NCBI RefSeq assembly: GCF_006345805.1
Contig: NW_021833656.1
Location: forward strand, 1 to 56,734
Source: Octopus sinensis
Lineage: Eukaryota
Direction: 5' to 3'
Length of the DNA stretch: 56,734 bases
The notes under the pieces were generated by a model, which did not search any database, was not told where the DNA came from, and worked only from the letters and a program-made list of their open reading frames with translations. The position numbers and the translations under genes are program-made. Below, in pieces: positions 51,170 to 56,734 of the stretch (positions within the stretch are counted from its first letter, which is position 1; each line of letters starts with the position of its first letter).

Positions 51170-51340
51170 GGAGCCGGATTATATCAGTCACAATGCTAAT
51201 CTGGTTCTTGTTTTATCGACTCTGAAAGAATGAAAGACAATATTGACCTCGGAGGGAATTTGAACTCAGAACGTAAAGACGAACGAAATGCTGCTGTTTT
51301 GCCCGTCTCGCTAACGATTCTGCCAGCTCGCCGCCTTTGG
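51170..51340 (-). mobile_element. Diverged monomer of the same SINE family
   Basis: atcgactctgaaagaatgaaag core; ctaacgattctgccagctcgccgcct head. Confidence 0.7.
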
Positions 51341-51685
51341 TGCTGACACGATTCAGGCTGATAATGACGTATTTGAGGGGGAAAACAGCCAAGCCTATAT
51401 ATTTTTGATCAAGGTGTCTACGTAATTATAAAGCGTGCATGTTTGTACATGTGTGAATGTGTATTTGAGGATGCATTTAATGTTATCGTTGCTACAGAGG
51501 CCTGGTTGAAGGAGACCCAATCTTCCGAGTTCTTTTACAGGGCTTAGAAAACCGCTGCAATAACTGTGTGAATCTGAGAAGAGAATATGTCGAATAAAAT
51601 CATAATCAACTGATCCTTCTAGATTTCTTTTAACCCAAAGCCAGGAGCACACTCTCGTATTTAATAGGAAATATTATATAAATTT

Positions 51686-51692
51686 CTGTCTA

Positions 51693-51723
<31 letters not shown>

Positions 51724-51781
51724 GCTTGTCTGTCTGTATGTCTGTCTGTCTCACTCTCTCTTTGTCCCTCTATCTAGTTAC

Positions 51782-51834
<53 letters not shown>

Positions 51835-52571
51835 GATCGATCTATGTATCTATTTGTATACATACATATATACACATGTGTATATATGTATATGATGATT
51901 TTATTGATATAACTTTTCGCATTCCTTTTTCATCATCATCACCATCATCAATATTCATCATCATCATCATGATCATCATCTTCTCCTCCCCCTCCTCCTC
52001 CCCCTTCTTCTTCTTCTTCTTCTTCTTCTTCTTCTTCTTCTTCTTCTTCTTCTTCTTCTTCTTTTTCTTCTTCTTCTTCTTAATAACATAATTAATTTTA
52101 TTCTTTTGTTATTGTATTTTAACTGAGTAGAGGAATTTCATTTTTGTCATCCAAATCCCAAAAGTTCCTTCTGAAAAATATGAGGAGTAAAAGAATATAA
52201 TAAATAAATAAATAAATAAATAAATAAAAATTCTAGTAGGAAAAATAGGTGAAATAAATTAAAAAAGAAAAAAAAGACGAAAAACAAAAAATGTCTGCAA
52301 AAGAAAAAAACAAAAGCGAAAACAATAAAAAACAAAAACACACAAAACCCCAAAGTAGAAAAAAAGGATAAAACAAGGAAAACAAATAAACTTTAAAAAG
52401 AAAGGGTATATAAATATATTGTTATAAAACGTCAGCTTTTATATCATGATACATTTCGGTGTCAAATCTGCAGGGGACGTAATCAAAGGCAAACAGTGTG
52501 AGTGTGTATGTGTGTGTGTAGATATATCTATATAATACATACATATATACATACATATATGCATAAATATA

Positions 52572-52621
<50 letters not shown>

Positions 52622-52641
52622 ATGTATATGTATATATATAT

Positions 52642-52672
<31 letters not shown>

Positions 52673-53022
52673 ATATATATAATATATATATATAGATAGA
52701 TAGATAGATAGATATGTATCTAAATATACATACACACACTATACATATATATTTTTCTACACACACACACACAAAATTATATATATATATATGTATACAG
52801 ATATCTTTCCATACATACAGGCAACACATACACACATACACTGAAAATGATTCAGTAAAAACGCTACAAGAAAGAAATATGTTATTAGTAAGACCTACTT
52901 TAGAAACAAAAAAATATTCCATTATATTTTTTTAATTTTAAAAAGTGGGGGAAAATGTAGAAAGTGCTTATACACCTCCTCATGTATATACATATATATA
53001 AGTATATATTATATATATATAT

Positions 53023-53065
<43 letters not shown>

Positions 53066-53075
53066 TATATATTAC

Positions 53076-53109
<34 letters not shown>

Positions 53110-53161
53110 AATATATTACATATATATATATGTATACCTATATGCTTATATAGATATATAT

Positions 53162-53192
<31 letters not shown>

Positions 53193-53355
53193 GTATACCT
53201 ATGCTTATATATAATATATATATATAATATATTATATATATATTATATGTATATATATATTATATATATATCTGTATATATATACATGTATATATATATA
53301 CATATATGTATATATGTATGTATCTAACTATCTATCTATCTATATATATGTAGTA

Positions 53356-53394
<39 letters not shown>

Positions 53395-53438
53395 ATATCT
53401 ATCTATCTATCTATCTATCGATCTATCAACCTATCTGT

Positions 53439-53507
<69 letters not shown>

Positions 53508-53520
53508 ATAAGTATATATA
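51686..53520. repeat. (TCTG)n, (TCTA)n, (TTC)n, (AAAT)n and long (TA)n microsatellites
   Basis: Directly visible. Confidence 0.9.
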
Positions 53521-54477
53521 ACTGCTTTTGACTTTTGAATTTTATATTATTTTCCCCTGGTTATTCGATTCATGAGTCAAAGCAACATCATTACAACGTG
53601 CCATCAATTTACACACACGCGCGTGCGCGCGCACATACACACACGACCCTCCCCACTCACACCCATGATGTATATTGTCTTTGTGTTGCATTTTAATGTG
53701 ATATTTTGTCATCGCGTATGCACGGCACACCTTAACAGATTCATAATGAGGATGTTTATCCTGACGTACATCCGTCACTCAGCCACGATGATTCATCTAC
53801 GTCTTGGCTTAACCTGAAAGATATGGCACGTAATGTTTCCCCAAATCACGTCCTACCCTCTTGAATAGGAACAGGGCAAAGTCCATAAAGGGGTGCTAGA
53901 TTATAAAGTTCGATGTTGAGACCGGAAATGTCGTCATCATCATCATCATCTCCTCACCCATGCTGTCATTGTCGTTGTCGTTGTCGTCACCTTCGTCGAC
54001 AACCGTTAATACGTGTACGGCCCATTGCCGGAGCCTATCCTACAAAACCTTACACGCCATATTGCAAATTGGAACATATTATGCAGCATAACCGTTCATG
54101 TTACACTAAAAGGAGTTAGTAAGGCGCTAGTTGCTTTTGAACATGTCTCGTTCGATCCCGGCTCACCTTGGTCGATACATCAGTAACAAGAGCAAGAGTT
54201 AGAACAACATCAGCAACAATAAATAAATAAATAAATAAATAGCAACATGTAATACACAAACTGTACATGCACAATATCCTTAGGCCAGAAAGTTTCTGGC
54301 CAAAGGATAGGTTTTCCCCTCCTCCTACTCGCGACAGATGTACCTAAACGGGTGATAGTTATAACTCCTTTGATTGAACGAAAAACAAGAAGGAAAGAAC
54401 TATAATGAGCTTGTTACAAAGATTACATTTCAGAAGAACTATAATACCAATCACATTTACATAACATTGTCAAAACA

Positions 54478-54872
54478 ATTGCTATTTGTAAATCTCAGCA
54501 ACAGTATTTTGGAGTAAAGATTGTTTGCCAACATAACATGACAGTCCTGGTTTAGGACGAATGTTGCTGTAATTTAGCCCCAGGAAACATCGTCTCCAGC
54601 TGGCTATACAACACGATCTGTGTCCTTATATTTTCAAACAAGGGAATCTAGCACCCCCGCTCTGTGTTGATGAAGGGAAATGACCCGGAAATCGCGATAC
54701 ACAGATATTGTTTTGAGCTGAGTGGGAGTGCTAGATTCCCCTGTTCGAAAATATAAGGACACAGATCATATCGTATAGCCAGCTGAAAATGATGTCTCCT
54801 GGGGCTAAATTACAGCAACATTCGTTCTTAACCAGGACCGCCATGTTATGTTGGTAAAAAATCTTTATTCCA
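54478..54872. mobile_element. Foldback/MITE-like element with ~150-bp inverted arms
   Basis: Arms 54510-54662 and 54720-54872, roughly 85% identical by eye, spacer ~57 bp; cattgtcaaaaca at 54465-54477 and 54871-54883. Confidence 0.75.
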
Positions 54873-55604
54873 TTGTCAAAACAGTTGGCTCTTTCAGATA
54901 AGAGAATAAATGGTATTTCTCTATTTTTAACAGTTTGTCCTCAATTTGTCAATAGACCAAGCCCCCGCCGACAATACGTTTATGTGAAGCAGCGAAATGA
55001 AACAACAGTTAGTGAATTCTATTGAGTTCATAACTACAATTAAATCAAGTTAACGGTTCAATAATGCATTAAAGTTTCACAAGCTTTTACATAATATGAT
55101 ATTTCAGTTACAAATGGAACTTTGACATTATTGACACCTGCAGGTCTCCTGCGAAGTCGCTTCATATTGGTTGATTGTAGGGTCGGTTATTATGGGCTAA
55201 GGTAGGTCATCATGGTGAAATATATTCTGAAAAGTAAACCTGGGGAGTAGTACTGTAATTTCAGTAACTTTACCATCAACGTCTGTAATCATTTGGGCGC
55301 CAAGAAAAGATATAATTTCACTTCCCTGTATTGAGTTACCTGGACCTAAAGGTGCAGGAAGATGAACATCGAGCAGCAACTTAGAAGATTATTGACAGAT
55401 GTACTTCATATTTTCCAGCTGATTGCATGATTGCGGAGTTGGTTTATCTGAGAAGCTCGAAATACTGGAAAACCCTGCCATGTGTTTTTATGATTAGATC
55501 TAACTTTCGCAACAGGATATGCATAACTTTAGAAAGGTCTCTACCGGTTGCACATCTTAAGCCACGCTTCACAAAACGCAGTTTATCAAGTGCGCGTTGC
55601 GGAC

Positions 55605-55659
<55 letters not shown>

Positions 55660-55792
55660 CACACATAAAAAACATATGTATAAATGTATGTATATAAAAC
55701 CATTGCCAGCATGGAGTTATGGACGCTAAACGATGATGATGATGATGTGATATACATGTATGTATATATATATATATATATATATAATATAT

Positions 55793-55823
<31 letters not shown>

Positions 55824-55989
55824 TATATAGATATTACATGTATACATGTATATTGATATACATGTATAGACGTGTGTGTTTTGCAGTTTTCCTTCCCGAT
55901 TTCAGCTTTACATTTTTCCCTTCTCCATCTGCTCCTAGTCATCGCCCCTCCCCAAACCTTTATTATCGTTATTCAAATCTCCTTCAAGA

Positions 55990-56190
55990 TGTTGAGCTGG
56001 CGGAATCGTTAGCACGCCGGGCGAAATGCTTAGCAACATTTCGTCTGTCTTTAGGTTCTTAGTTCAAATTCAGCTGGGGATCGACATTGCATTTCATCCT
56101 TTCGGAATGATGATGAAATAAGTACCAGTTAGATATTGTGGTCGACTAACCCCGCCTCTAAATGTATAGGCCTTGGGCCTACAGTAGAGA
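55990..56190 (+). mobile_element. Monomeric SINE of the 184-bp-unit family
   Basis: gagctggcggaatcgttagcacgccgggcgaaatgcttagc head; atttcatcctttcgg core; gggcctacagtaga tail. Confidence 0.75.
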
Positions 56191-56734
56191 CAATTATTCG
56201 ATTCCCCTTCTTGCCCCAACCTTTCAGTTCGTCAAAAATATCATTATCACTGCCACCAACACCACCAAGAAGAAGAAGAAGATGATAATGAGAAGAAGAA
56301 GAAAACACAACCAACAACAACAATAACAACAATAAGTACAAAGAAGCAAGGTGTCTAAGAGGCTAATCTACGCACTGGTTTTTAACAGCGAGAGATAATA
56401 ACAATTAAATCTCTCTCATCTCATACTTACTTCCTTAAAAATGGAAGGACACATTGTTAAATGTAGTTCTAGATACCCTGAATGACGAGGGGGTCATGGC
56501 TGGAAAGCATTTTGTTATTCGATGCTAAATCACGACCACCACCATAACCACTTCCCTCACTGCCACTACTACAATCATCAGCACCTTAACCACGACCAGT
56601 ACCAACACCACAACGACCAGCTCCACTCCCAACATGACCACGACCACAACACGACGACGACGACGACCACCACCACACCTCAAACAACAACAACAACACT
56701 CTCTCCTCTGCCTTCTCCTCATAATTCTTCCTAT

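Noticed and set aside
51465-51545. APE-like motif NVIVATEAWLK
   Set aside because: Isolated short motif followed by stops; possibly a LINE relic but too short to annotate.
283-56722. Numerous long ORFs of poly-CV, HT, YI, I, N or L
   Set aside because: They are translations of di-, tri- and tetranucleotide microsatellites, open in several frames on both strands, with no splice or domain support.

Overview
AT-rich, repeat-saturated animal genomic DNA, most likely octopus (inferred from the tRNA-derived SINE families and the very high microsatellite load). I find no convincing host protein-coding exon, and nearly all long ORFs in the track are translated microsatellites. The window is a patchwork of decayed mobile elements: at least seven R4/Dong-type RLE LINE pieces and a ~540-bp non-coding element, both tied to (AAT)n arrays; Tx1/L1 and CR1 LINE pieces; three Penelope-like (PLE) remnants; four Tc1/mariner-derived elements; and many SINEs, including head-to-tail 184-bp SINE multimers. 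The most notable feature is at 44.5-46.8 kb. A Neptune-type PLE (RT plus GIY-YIG) ends in a minimal hammerhead ribozyme motif (45774-45811, +). Next to it is a non-coding 472-bp unit arranged as a partial tandem plus inverted segment, carrying a second hammerhead with a fully intact catalytic core (46173-46218, -). This is a candidate retrozyme-like or non-autonomous PLE. There is also a ~1-kb near-identical inverted duplication (13989-17290) with a fold-back palindrome at a LINE junction. All motif matches and alignments were done by eye; coordinates of degenerate elements are approximate.
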